From a virus (lineage: Duplodnaviria > Heunggongvirae > Uroviricota > Caudoviricetes), in IMG/VR virus record IMGVR_UViG_3300029740_000003, positions 18,145 through 82,144 of that record: 64,000 nucleotides of DNA, one strand, 5' to 3'. Under the pieces are notes generated by a model that saw nothing but the letters and a program-made list of their open reading frames with translations, did no database searches and was not told the origin of the DNA. The stretch's first letter is position 1; every line of letters begins with the position of its first letter. The translations under genes and the position numbers were made by a program. Below are positions 36,395 to 45,347 of the stretch, piece by piece.

Positions 36395-36619
36395 TCACGC
36401 TTCCATCCAGTGGATGCTTTCGTTGAGGAAGTCTCTGATTTTGCGGAGGGTTTCTATATCGTTGACGACGACGCTGGTCGCGGTGTCGCTGTCGGTGATG
36501 GTGAACATGAGTTCCTTGCCGAAGCTGGGGGATTGGAGGATTGTGAGCTTGTTGGTTCCCTCGTTGCCGACGATTTGGAGTGCGGATGTGTTGCCGTTGT
36601 CGTATTTGGTTGCGCTCAT
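36395..36619 (-). CDS. hypothetical small protein (first gene of the dnaB operon)
   Basis: 74 aa. Confidence 0.4.
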   Translation of the reverse strand: MSATKYDNGNTSALQIVGNEGTNKLTILQSPSFGKELMFTITDSDTATSVVVNDIETLRKIRDFLNESIHWMEA

Positions 36620-36746
36620 TGTTTCTGTGGTCTTTTCCGTTCCTGTGGAATGTTTTGTGTGGGCGAGGTCAGCTTAACACACTAGGTGGGGGTATGCAAG
36701 CGTTCGGGGATTCGCGGTCGGATGATTTGCGTTCGACCATACCCTT

Positions 36747-36777
36747 TGTTATACTGGAATCGTCCACAAAAAAGGGA
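36747..36777 (+). promoter_or_regulatory. copy of recurrent promoter/operator motif (GTTATACTGGAATCGTCCACAAAAAAGGGAG)
   Basis: upstream of the ATG at 36819. Confidence 0.5.
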
Positions 36778-36818
36778 GTCGCACACCTCCCCAACACGCC
36801 AGAACAAAAAGAAGAAAC

Positions 36819-36996
36819 TATGAGCAAACAGACGGAAAACAACATCAACTTGACACTGACACTCATCACAATCGTCAGCGCATTCCTCATGTGGAGACAG
36901 GATTACGGCCACGTGGTAATGGCAATCACCAGCATCACATTCCTACTCAGCTCCACCGCACTGTTCGCTCACTTCATCAAGAAACTCGACGCCTAA
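36819..36996 (+). CDS. small membrane protein (58 aa, 2 TM)
   Basis: MSKQTENNINLTLTLITIVSAFLMW...; followed by a GC hairpin GCCCCAGCCCG-AA-CGGACTGGGGC at 37009-37033. Confidence 0.4.
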
Positions 36997-37066
36997 AAAC
37001 AAAAAAGGAATGCCCCAGCCCGAACGGACTGGGGCATAGGCATGTTCGCAAGAACGAAGGAAACCA

Positions 37067-37447
37067 ATGGACGATAAAAACAACACCGAACGAGAGCCGA
37101 GAACCGAAGTGGAACGACTCCTGTTCAAGAACGAACGCATGCAGGACGCGCTGCTCGACCTCAAGGACACCATGAGCAGAATGATTGGCGAAGGCCGACT
37201 GCCAAACGACGACGAGGTACACCAATGGTTTGAGGGAATCGACCGCAAACTCGAACACGAGGCCGCTGACCGTGAGGTGTTGCTGTTCAACCATGGGGCC
37301 ATGACCACAGTGCTCCCGAAGTCCACTGAACGATACCAACCCGACCTTCAAGTCCGATATCAGGAAATTCTCACCACATGCAACAAAGCGTATGCGGACG
37401 CCGACTACAAATATTGGATTGGCCGTTTCCAACAGGCCGGACTCTGA
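37067..37447 (+). CDS. hypothetical protein
   Basis: 126 aa. Confidence 0.45.
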   Translation: MDDKNNTEREPRTEVERLLFKNERMQDALLDLKDTMSRMIGEGRLPNDDEVHQWFEGIDRKLEHEAADREVLLFNHGAMTTVLPKSTERYQPDLQVRYQEILTTCNKAYADADYKYWIGRFQQAGL

Positions 37448-37506
37448 CCTGAAAAACGCAATCCGAGCACAGTGGACAACACTGAAAGGAGTATTCGGAC
37501 AGGACA

Positions 37507-37848
37507 ATGCCGGAAACCATACAGACATACCATCCAACGTTCGAGAAGGCCAAGAAGCTCTTCAATCTGCGTAAAAGATTGTGGGAGATAGCCGACGGTA
37601 AAAGCGACGGAACAATCTCATATGAGGAGGCGAACCATCTCGCCGTGGACGCGGTGGCGACCGCCAACGGAGGAATGCCACGCGCCACGAGCGGCCCCAT
37701 GGTAAGACTCTGCAAGCTTTGCACCAACGGTTGGATTCGTGAAGCGGCAAACGAGATGGGCTTGGTTTACCCGGACTTGGACAGCCCGGAACGGTGGGGC
37801 AAACATCGAGACCATAGCCGTAAAAAGGAAAGGAAGGCAACGGTTTGA
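37507..37848 (+). CDS. hypothetical protein, tandem paralog A (C(T/E)NGWIREA motif)
   Basis: 113 aa; paralogous to 37845-38186 (LCKLCTNGWIREAANEMGLVYPDLDSPERW vs YLERICENGWIREAVRKIPKLYPYLDHPDLW). Confidence 0.45.
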   Translation: MPETIQTYHPTFEKAKKLFNLRKRLWEIADGKSDGTISYEEANHLAVDAVATANGGMPRATSGPMVRLCKLCTNGWIREAANEMGLVYPDLDSPERWGKHRDHSRKKERKATV

Positions 37849-38186
37849 GCGGCAACGGATTCGGCAAGGAAGACATAAGCAGAACAGCCATTCCGGCACG
37901 CCCATACGCCAAGGATATGGCTACCATCAACCGTCTGATAGCAAGGTTGCAAACCATTTCGGACGATAAGGCCAAAGGGAAAATCACATTCCAACAGGCG
38001 AACAAGAAGGCTGTGGAAGCAATCCACAAGGCACGGAACACCAAGTCGAAGTCCCTGCAACGCAAGCCATTAGATTATTTAGAACGTATCTGCGAGAACG
38101 GTTGGATTCGGGAAGCTGTGCGAAAGATTCCCAAACTGTACCCGTATCTCGACCATCCAGATTTGTGGCTTCGTAAAGGCGCCTGA
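37845..38186 (+). CDS. hypothetical protein, tandem paralog B
   Basis: 113 aa; overlapping start/stop with paralog A. Confidence 0.45.
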   Translation: MSGNGFGKEDISRTAIPARPYAKDMATINRLIARLQTISDDKAKGKITFQQANKKAVEAIHKARNTKSKSLQRKPLDYLERICENGWIREAVRKIPKLYPYLDHPDLWLRKGA

Positions 38187-38416
38187 TGTATTCCAAAGAG
38201 CAGATATGTTGCATGGTTTCTCTCATAATATTGTCGGCGTTGAGCTTGACCGCGCTGGTGCATTACGCTCGACTGTCGATAGGAAGAATGAGTCGGATGC
38301 CTGACGAGAAATCCCGTTCAGACCTGTTCAACTATCGGCTGATGACCGTCGTGTCACTGCTGGTGTTGTCGGTTTCGGTGGGTTCCATCATCGTCTACGG
38401 TTCCTCTCTCAAATAG
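38186..38416 (+). CDS. small membrane protein
   Basis: 76 aa, two hydrophobic helices. Confidence 0.35.
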   Translation: MYSKEQICCMVSLIILSALSLTALVHYARLSIGRMSRMPDEKSRSDLFNYRLMTVVSLLVLSVSVGSIIVYGSSLK

Positions 38417-38518
38417 ATTGGATTGGAAGACTGCCGTATTTATACTTCCTTCTACTTCTCAAACATTGACCATAACGTTTATTGACAAGAATCATTTTCA
38501 GAAAGCAGGAAGGTCAGT

Positions 38519-39475
38519 ATGTTAAACAGCACGGAAATGCTTCGACTGGTCAGAGCCGCATGCAACGGAGACCATTTGAAACTGTCCCAGCAAATCGACT
38601 TGCTGGCCGACTCGGTGGAGAAAGCCAAGCCGACCGCTTACACCACGAATCTACGTCGGCTGGCGGAGTCGGAACGAGAGAAGGGACTGGCTGTCAATGC
38701 GAGTCTGGCACCGGTTGACGGGTTGACCGAACCGTTGCTCCCACCGGACGGTACTCATAAGCCTGTGTGGGATAAGACCGTGCGGGAACTGTTGGACGGA
38801 CTGGTTGCCGAGTATAAGAAACTGGATGTTCTGACAGCGCATAATCTCGCTCCCCGTAATCGAATCATACTCACTGGAGCGCCCGGCACGGGTAAGACCA
38901 CCTTTGCTTCCATCCTGTCGAAGAGGCTTGGACTGGACGGTGTTATTCTTCGTGCAGACCGTGTTATCAGCAGTCAGCTCGGCAAGACGTTAACCAATAT
39001 CGCCTTGGTGTTCGACCGGCTCCACATGGAACGAAAGCTCCTGTTCATAGACGAATGCGACATGCTTCTTGCCCGACGCGACAACTCCCATGACGTTGCC
39101 GAAATGCGTCGAGCCACCAATCTCGTACTCCAGAAAATCGACACGCTACCAGATGATTGCATTCTCGTCTGCGCCACCAACATGAGCAGTCTTATAGACC
39201 GTGCCGCATGGCGTAGGTTCGACGTCCGGGTTCATATGACACTACCGGACAAGGCGACTTCAAGACTTATCATCATGCACCGACTCAAGGAGTTGAACAT
39301 CCAAGCCGACGGTCAACCGCTCGACATCGACATAGAAGATGTTAGTCCGGCCCTGCTTGTCCAAACCGTGGACAATCTGGCCCGCAAGACTTTGATTTCC
39401 GGTTCGGAAACCATTCCGACCGACCTGTTCGTCAATGCTTTCAACTCTCTGAAGATGGAGGTTCCCAACCAGTGA
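38519..39475 (+). CDS. AAA+ ATPase (classic AAA family)
   Basis: Walker A ILTGAPGTGKTTFA, Walker B LLFIDECDML, sensor-1 CATN, arginine-finger region AAWRRFDVRVHM. Confidence 0.65.
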   Translation: MLNSTEMLRLVRAACNGDHLKLSQQIDLLADSVEKAKPTAYTTNLRRLAESEREKGLAVNASLAPVDGLTEPLLPPDGTHKPVWDKTVRELLDGLVAEYKKLDVLTAHNLAPRNRIILTGAPGTGKTTFASILSKRLGLDGVILRADRVISSQLGKTLTNIALVFDRLHMERKLLFIDECDMLLARRDNSHDVAEMRRATNLVLQKIDTLPDDCILVCATNMSSLIDRAAWRRFDVRVHMTLPDKATSRLIIMHRLKELNIQADGQPLDIDIEDVSPALLVQTVDNLARKTLISGSETIPTDLFVNAFNSLKMEVPNQ

Positions 39476-39738
39476 ACCGTGACGGATACAAGTTCGATAT
39501 CAATGTCCGCAGAAACGGTTTCATGTCATATCTGTGGAGCGCCGAAGTGGAAGATGAAGGATTCTTCACTCCCATTGCGAACGGTACTGCCCACACTCTC
39601 AACGGCGGCAAGAAAGCCGCTATGAAACAAGCGAGAAAGTGGGCGCAACACCAGCTCGCCCACCCCAGTGAAAAGGAAAGGTGGGCGGAATGTACGACGA
39701 TGAGCAACACCAAAACCAGACACCGGCGAAGTCACTGA
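39472..39738 (+). CDS. hypothetical protein (ATGA overlap with the AAA+ gene)
   Basis: 88 aa. Confidence 0.4.
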   Translation: MNRDGYKFDINVRRNGFMSYLWSAEVEDEGFFTPIANGTAHTLNGGKKAAMKQARKWAQHQLAHPSEKERWAECTTMSNTKTRHRRSH

Positions 39739-39989
39739 AACGTTCCGGAAGGCAACCGAAACTATCCGACGTCGTCATGCTCGACCGGGGTTGTCAACTG
39801 TGGATTCGTGAAGCCCGTAAAGGGAACATCACTGACACGTCGAAGACCTTGGAGAAGATTCGATACCAGCTTCGATTGGAACGTCGTGTGGCCGGACAAT
39901 CCGGCTCTGGACTTCGTAGACCTGTGGGTAGGGATAAAAAACCCGATACGGATGGGAACGGTTCAAAGCCGGATAGGAAAGACTTATAA
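39681..39989 (+). CDS. hypothetical protein with weak LWIREA motif (possible third member of the 37507 family); start uncertain (ATG 39777 is an alternative)
   Basis: GCQLWIREARKG resembles GWIREA in the tandem paralogs; overlaps the previous ORF in another frame. Confidence 0.3.
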   Translation: MGGMYDDEQHQNQTPAKSLKRSGRQPKLSDVVMLDRGCQLWIREARKGNITDTSKTLEKIRYQLRLERRVAGQSGSGLRRPVGRDKKPDTDGNGSKPDRKDL

Positions 39990-39997
39990 CCTATAAG

Positions 39998-40035
39998 GGT
40001 GCCGGTTGACGATGCTGTCAACCGGCACCTTTTGG
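39998..40035 (+). terminator. rho-independent terminator
   Basis: GGTGCCGGTTGAC-gatgct-GTCAACCGGCACC followed by TTTTGG. Confidence 0.65.
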
Positions 40036-40113
40036 TATCCGACCTCACAATACTGGGGGTATCATTATGTTATCGACGGAACCACACGCCCGTCATTTTT
40101 ATAAGGAGACACA

Positions 40114-40878
40114 ATGAACGAAGGTACCTATGGGCTGGAGACCCTGAAAGCCGACTATCATACGATACTCGGCTACGATATCGGCTATCTCACCGCGGAA
40201 TCCTATCCGCTGTTCGCACCCTATCGTGCGAAAACCAAGAACAGTTTCTCCGGTAGAGTACCGAGACTGTTAAGCATAATCATCACCACTCTCATCAACA
40301 CGCCAAGCCGCGAATGGGATGCGGAAACCCGCACGCTCACCATCGGTGACGACTTCTTCTTCCTCGCCAACAAATGCGGGTTGAACAGTGGAGGAGACGG
40401 ACGCACTACCGTCCGGAACCAGCTTCTCATGCTCTCGTCAATCCAGTTCACCGGAGCAGACGGAGTCAAAGTCACGCCGGTCGAACACACCGAAATCACC
40501 GCCGACAGTCTCACTATCGAGCATCGGAAAATCACGTTCACGGAACCGTTCGTAAAAATGATGACAAGGAACGTCCGGCAGATGCCGTTGAAGTGTCTGT
40601 ACCCCAACGCGGGTAGCGCCATAGCGATAGACCTGCTCGTATTGGCGGCATTGTATTGTCCGAACGACCATAGGCTCATCATCGAACGGGCAGACCTTCC
40701 ATCACTGCTTCCAGCAAGCAGGCAAAGCCTCTCCAAGCAGAATCTTCTAAATAGATTCAAGGAGTTAAACGACAGGCAGAACGAGTGGACGTATCGTATA
40801 ACGAAATACAGCGTGACCATCAGCCCGTTCGGAGTGTACTCGTCCGAAGACGCTTTGAGATTACGTCGCAGACAATAG
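40114..40878 (+). CDS. RepA-family replication initiator-like protein (paralog 2 of 3, divergent)
   Basis: VPRLLSIIITTLIN and AIDLLVLAALYCP correspond to PRL.LLY..SLI and ALDIY.WLAYRT of the other two. Confidence 0.4.
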   Translation: MNEGTYGLETLKADYHTILGYDIGYLTAESYPLFAPYRAKTKNSFSGRVPRLLSIIITTLINTPSREWDAETRTLTIGDDFFFLANKCGLNSGGDGRTTVRNQLLMLSSIQFTGADGVKVTPVEHTEITADSLTIEHRKITFTEPFVKMMTRNVRQMPLKCLYPNAGSAIAIDLLVLAALYCPNDHRLIIERADLPSLLPASRQSLSKQNLLNRFKELNDRQNEWTYRITKYSVTISPFGVYSSEDALRLRRRQ

Positions 40879-40944
40879 TTCGAGTATGAACAGAGGGGAG
40901 CCGACCGTAAGGACGACTCCCCTCAATGATGTCGGAATGGGAAC

Positions 40945-41667
40945 TCAGATTTTCAGCTCATCGATAACGGAAAGGTCAACACCGTCACCCCAATTATCGA
41001 CAATCTTGCTCAGGTTCTTACGCATTCCGGCAGGAGACTGGTCGTCAACCGGACGGCCGAAATTCTTCTCCGGCGCGACCGCGTTCAGCACGGAGAACAG
41101 CAGGTTGGTCATATCCTTGCCCTGCGCGAACACCAACGTCACCTCTGCGGCAATCATGCCCGGCTCGGCTGTAGCCAACCCTTCCAACGCGGACGCGAAC
41201 TCGGAGATTCGACGTTGGTTCTTCGGCTCGGTCAATGCGTCCAGCACTGCTTCCGGAGTGCTCTTCTTCGTATCGGTCAACGCCTTGGCGAGAGAAACCA
41301 CACGCTCGTCATCCAACGATTTGACAAGAGGAATCAGCTTCTTGCCGAACTGTTCCTCGATGTGCGGCATGGTCTTCTCACGCGGTTTGCGGTTGGAACG
41401 GCCCTTACCTTTCCCCTTCGGCTTGTCTTCGGTTTCAGTGGACTCAGCGTCCACGTTCATGTCCTCACCATCAGCCGGTGCGGACACGTCAGCGACAGGC
41501 TCCGAACTCTCCTGATTAAGAGAATCGGATTCCGTCTGCGACTCCTCGACAGAAGACTGCTCCGGTTCAGCATAATTGTCGGAACCGTAACCATTGTCCT
41601 GCTCCGACTGCTGGTTGTTGTTGAATCCCCAATTGGTGAAGTCTGGCATCATACCTTCTTTCGTCAT
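40945..41667 (-). CDS. hypothetical acidic protein
   Basis: 240 aa; Asp/Glu/Ser-rich N-terminal half, KGKGKGRSNRKPREK basic patch. Confidence 0.45.
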   Translation of the reverse strand: MTKEGMMPDFTNWGFNNNQQSEQDNGYGSDNYAEPEQSSVEESQTESDSLNQESSEPVADVSAPADGEDMNVDAESTETEDKPKGKGKGRSNRKPREKTMPHIEEQFGKKLIPLVKSLDDERVVSLAKALTDTKKSTPEAVLDALTEPKNQRRISEFASALEGLATAEPGMIAAEVTLVFAQGKDMTNLLFSVLNAVAPEKNFGRPVDDQSPAGMRKNLSKIVDNWGDGVDLSVIDELKI

Positions 41668-41819
41668 ATCCAGAGAACACTCCGGTCGTACAGGCTGTTA
41701 ACAGTCGGAACGAGGTGTTCTGTATTTTCAATTCACGAGTGTAACGCCCGACGGCATCCCTAAACGAGGAAAACGGGAAAAAACAATTCCCCGCGCCGCC
41801 CGCGCCGGTAGGCCAACAT

Positions 41820-42470
41820 GAATAGCGGATTCAAAAAAAGAAAAGAGGACCAAAACCAAAAAGACAAAAAGATAGAAAACACTCCCCACCAAAAATCAGA
41901 AAACAAACACCATCACATCAAAAAGAAGAACCAAGAAAACCAGAAAGAAAAAAGAAAAAGAAGAACATAAGAGAAATAAGAGAAGACATCCTAAGCAAAT
42001 AGAAGCAACAGAAGAACAGGACAACACCCAGCAACATAATCAGGAAAAGAACAACAGAGAAAAGGACAACAGAAGAAGAAACGCCTACCCCTAAATCGGG
42101 AATACAACGTATGAAAACAACAGAGGCAACGCAACCATCCACAAAAGAACAGCACATCAACCCATATGACATACAGAACAGAAGAACGACATCACCAAAC
42201 ACCCCAAGAAACAAGAAAAGCAACAAGCCACACCATCACAAGACAAACCGAACATCAGTATCAACACGACGGCACACAACAACCACAGCACAAAACGACA
42301 ACAGCGAAAAGGTCAATAGTCTCACTAACAAGGTCAACGACAATCAAAACAAGGTAACATCAATACAGGAACAGCCAATGCAATGAAAAAAAGCAACAGC
42401 AGAACCAACAAAAAAACTAAATATCAAAAAACTATAAATGCCAGAACTCGGACAAAACCGTAAACGTTCC
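41820..42470 (+). other. about 650-bp strand-asymmetric A/C-rich, T-depleted non-coding tract in a divergent intergenic region
   Basis: the plus strand is almost all A and C with rare T across 41820-42470 in an otherwise roughly 58% GC replicon; ORFs called inside are low-complexity artefacts. Confidence 0.6.
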
Positions 42471-42487
42471 GATGAAAACAACGGAAC

Positions 42488-43702
42488 ATGACCCATCAGG
42501 AGGCGGTCTTATTGGAAAAACGAACGATTTCCCTGATAATCGGCTCCGGAGGGCTTCTCACAACCATCAAAAAGGCCCTTACGAGAGCCGGAAACATGCG
42601 TTGGCAGGTGCCCGCCGCAGACAATATTCAAGCACAGGCCGACTATCTGATAAGACATCCGGTGCCCTCCGGGTTCAAAGGAATCATCTTCACCGACAGG
42701 GCTGGAAACTGGCTTCCGATAGCCAACGCCGGATACATGGTCTACTGGTGCAACACCGGTCAGATACCGGTCGGAGCCATGGGCATGAGCGAACAGATGT
42801 TACGCATGAGCGTGGCTGATTTCGCACGGACTTATTGGGGAATCCAGCTTGCGGACAAGCGTCTCGTAGTCGATATCCTCCAAAACAAAGTGAAGGAGAC
42901 TGCGGTTCTCCTACCCATCACATCCAACACCGGAGGAGTGGGGAAGACCACGTCCAGCCGACAGTTGGCAGACCGTGCGTCGCAAGCCGGATTGCGTGTT
43001 CTACTCATCGACGGGAACATCAGACAGTCCAGCCAACGTAGTTTTTTCGACCCGAGACAGGACAAGCCATTGCATACGATAGCCGACTGGCGACCGGGCA
43101 TGCAGGTGCAGGTCGGAGCCAATCGAGGACGTGACCTTGGGGTTCCATACGACATCTGTTTCGCACCTCCAGCAGGCGTCGGAGTGGACTGGCAGATATA
43201 CCGTCAGTACATCCAAGCGGCACGCCGACTGTGGGATTTCGTCGTGCTCGACCTTGACCGAATCAGCGCGGACGATTTGGATGATAGGGAGAATATCGCC
43301 AACGGTTTACTGCTTCCATACATTCAATCGGGAGACCCTTGTCTGGTTATCGTCAAGGCTGGAAGGCAGACGCAGATAGACGCGTTGAATCTGCTGACGG
43401 CCTTGGCTGAGCATCATCTTCCGAAGGAACTCATCGGCATCAAGGACACTGTTCCGGTCGGACTGCAAGGTTACAGACGGCTCGACTATACGAGATATGG
43501 GACGTTTCTCGGAACCGAATATCAGACGGTCGAGGCAAGCAACCATATCGCCAACGGTGATGTCAGATGGGATGACCCCGGTCTTGCTTTTGCTAGGGAG
43601 AACATTCTTAACTGGGCTTTGCCCGACCGTGGTTTCAATCCGGAAAGATTCAATCCGAACGCTAAGAACAGTGAAGGAAAGAAAGGTCGTGGGCGTAAGT
43701 GA
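42488..43702 (+). CDS. ParA/MinD-superfamily ATPase with N-terminal receiver-like domain (CpaE/TadZ-like)
   Basis: 404 aa; deviant Walker A SNTGGVGKTTSS mid-protein, Walker B FVVLDLD; N-terminal 130 aa receiver-like. Confidence 0.55.
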   Translation: MTHQEAVLLEKRTISLIIGSGGLLTTIKKALTRAGNMRWQVPAADNIQAQADYLIRHPVPSGFKGIIFTDRAGNWLPIANAGYMVYWCNTGQIPVGAMGMSEQMLRMSVADFARTYWGIQLADKRLVVDILQNKVKETAVLLPITSNTGGVGKTTSSRQLADRASQAGLRVLLIDGNIRQSSQRSFFDPRQDKPLHTIADWRPGMQVQVGANRGRDLGVPYDICFAPPAGVGVDWQIYRQYIQAARRLWDFVVLDLDRISADDLDDRENIANGLLLPYIQSGDPCLVIVKAGRQTQIDALNLLTALAEHHLPKELIGIKDTVPVGLQGYRRLDYTRYGTFLGTEYQTVEASNHIANGDVRWDDPGLAFARENILNWALPDRGFNPERFNPNAKNSEGKKGRGRK

Positions 43703-44895
43703 CATTCGATGACCGTTTTCTTTTCGACCCGAACGACGAGAATCTTTGGAAGACCGGAAGCATTGCCGACTGGTATAAAGGCAACGACATGTTCGAGATG
43801 GAGCATCCCGGATTGTTCGCGCAGACCCACCCGTGGTTCGTTGCGAACAAACTGTTCGCGGAGACAATGGTGAAAGCGAACAGCGAACTCGTTTCGAGTA
43901 TCCTCGGAGCATTGTTCACTTGGAAGACATGCACGGTTGACCAACTGCGTGCGGGACTTTCCATCAAAGGCGCTCCCGCTTTCGAGCGTGACGAACCGAA
44001 CCTGTATGGTGCGATGAACCGTTTAGGAATCATCAACGTCGGTTTCAGTCAGGCGGAACGATTGTACGGTCAGACCGTGAATCATGTTTGGCTTTCACCG
44101 TCGAACAGTCCACGTCTTATCAACCGTGCGATGAAATTGTACGGGATGGAAAAGTGGATGCGTGAGACGATGGCGGTTTCCTATTACGCGGGGAATCGTT
44201 TCCATGTTCGGCATAACACTTATGCGGCGCACGCGGGATTGATGTTGGCACGCGATTCACGTGTGAAATTTTCATCCGGTGATGGTTGGGGGAAATTCCG
44301 TAGCGTTGACCCACAGGCTGTTGCCGAATCGAAAGTCGGCAAGGCTTGCGCTACCGATGTGGTGACGTTGTGCCGGAACAATGTGTTGGCGGGTATCGAA
44401 ATCCAAACGTCGAACAGCGAATTGGATAAGAAGATGCAGAACTGGGCGAAGATGCTCGCCTACTCTCCGATGAAACGTCGCGGACTCATCTGCGTATGGT
44501 TGCAGATACCGAAGGCGAACGAAGGTTACGAATCGTTCAATGCGGTGATACAACGCACGCAAGGCATGACGGAAATGGTCGTGGGCAATCCGACCGTGTC
44601 GCAACGAATGGGAGTCGCGGTTTGGGATGAATGGTTCGAGCATGGAATTCCAACCGACAGGTTCGGTGAATATACGGACATGAGTGGAACACGGCGCAAC
44701 ATTTTCTCCGACGAGTGGGTGCAATACACTCCGCAAGTTCGTGACGTTCGCAAAGTCAGCGAATGGGGTTGGGACGTGACGCGGGACATCATCAAAAAGG
44801 ATTGGGGTTGGGACGTTTCCGGTTGGACGATGCCGGAAGCGTACCGTGGCGGTTTCTACGGTTTCATTGGAAAGGATTGCGATGGTCTCCACTGA
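43699..44895 (+). CDS. hypothetical protein with wHTH-like N-terminal region (possible replication-relaxation family; speculative)
   Basis: 398 aa; ATGA overlap with the upstream ATPase; ILGALFTWKTCTVDQLRAGL...LYGAMNRLGIINVG resembles a winged helix. Confidence 0.4.
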   Translation: MTFDDRFLFDPNDENLWKTGSIADWYKGNDMFEMEHPGLFAQTHPWFVANKLFAETMVKANSELVSSILGALFTWKTCTVDQLRAGLSIKGAPAFERDEPNLYGAMNRLGIINVGFSQAERLYGQTVNHVWLSPSNSPRLINRAMKLYGMEKWMRETMAVSYYAGNRFHVRHNTYAAHAGLMLARDSRVKFSSGDGWGKFRSVDPQAVAESKVGKACATDVVTLCRNNVLAGIEIQTSNSELDKKMQNWAKMLAYSPMKRRGLICVWLQIPKANEGYESFNAVIQRTQGMTEMVVGNPTVSQRMGVAVWDEWFEHGIPTDRFGEYTDMSGTRRNIFSDEWVQYTPQVRDVRKVSEWGWDVTRDIIKKDWGWDVSGWTMPEAYRGGFYGFIGKDCDGLH

Positions 44896-45322
44896 GGAAT
44901 CATTCCAACAGACACAGGACGCGTTGGATGTAGCAAGATTGGAACGTGCGCGGGCTTTGCAACAGGTTCAGACATTATGTGAGACGGGACGTAGACATTT
45001 GGTCATTCCGTTTCTGATGGCGAACATGCAACGTGTTCCCGCATTACGGAAGATACGACTCTGGCAGTTGGATTCGATAATGTTCAACACTTCCCGGCGG
45101 ATTGCGAACAAAACAATCCGCGTCATGCGTGAAACCATCAACGATGATTCGAGTGTGAACGATGGTTACGTGACATTGGGTTGGGCGTTGGAGTCGAAGG
45201 AGAAAACCGTCCGGATGACGACGTGGCTTCTCCAATTGTCGTTACGTGAGAGGCTTTCCACTTTCCAGAAGCCGGAAGGTTTCCCATACGCGCAGTTGTA
45301 TCAGCAGAGCACGGATGATTAA
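44882..45322 (+). CDS. hypothetical protein
   Basis: start set at ATG 44882 (MVSTEESF...), overlapping the upstream stop. Confidence 0.35.
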   Translation: MVSTEESFQQTQDALDVARLERARALQQVQTLCETGRRHLVIPFLMANMQRVPALRKIRLWQLDSIMFNTSRRIANKTIRVMRETINDDSSVNDGYVTLGWALESKEKTVRMTTWLLQLSLRERLSTFQKPEGFPYAQLYQQSTDD

Positions 45323-45347
45323 ACAAAAAAGGAAAGGAAGGTAAAAC

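Noticed and set aside
41918-42386. ORFs inside the A/C-rich tract (42111-42386 +, 42166-42357 +, 41918-42226 -) giving K/N/T/H-rich or poly-Phe/Leu proteins
   Set aside because: They are low-complexity translations of compositionally biased DNA, with no RBS or codon-usage support.
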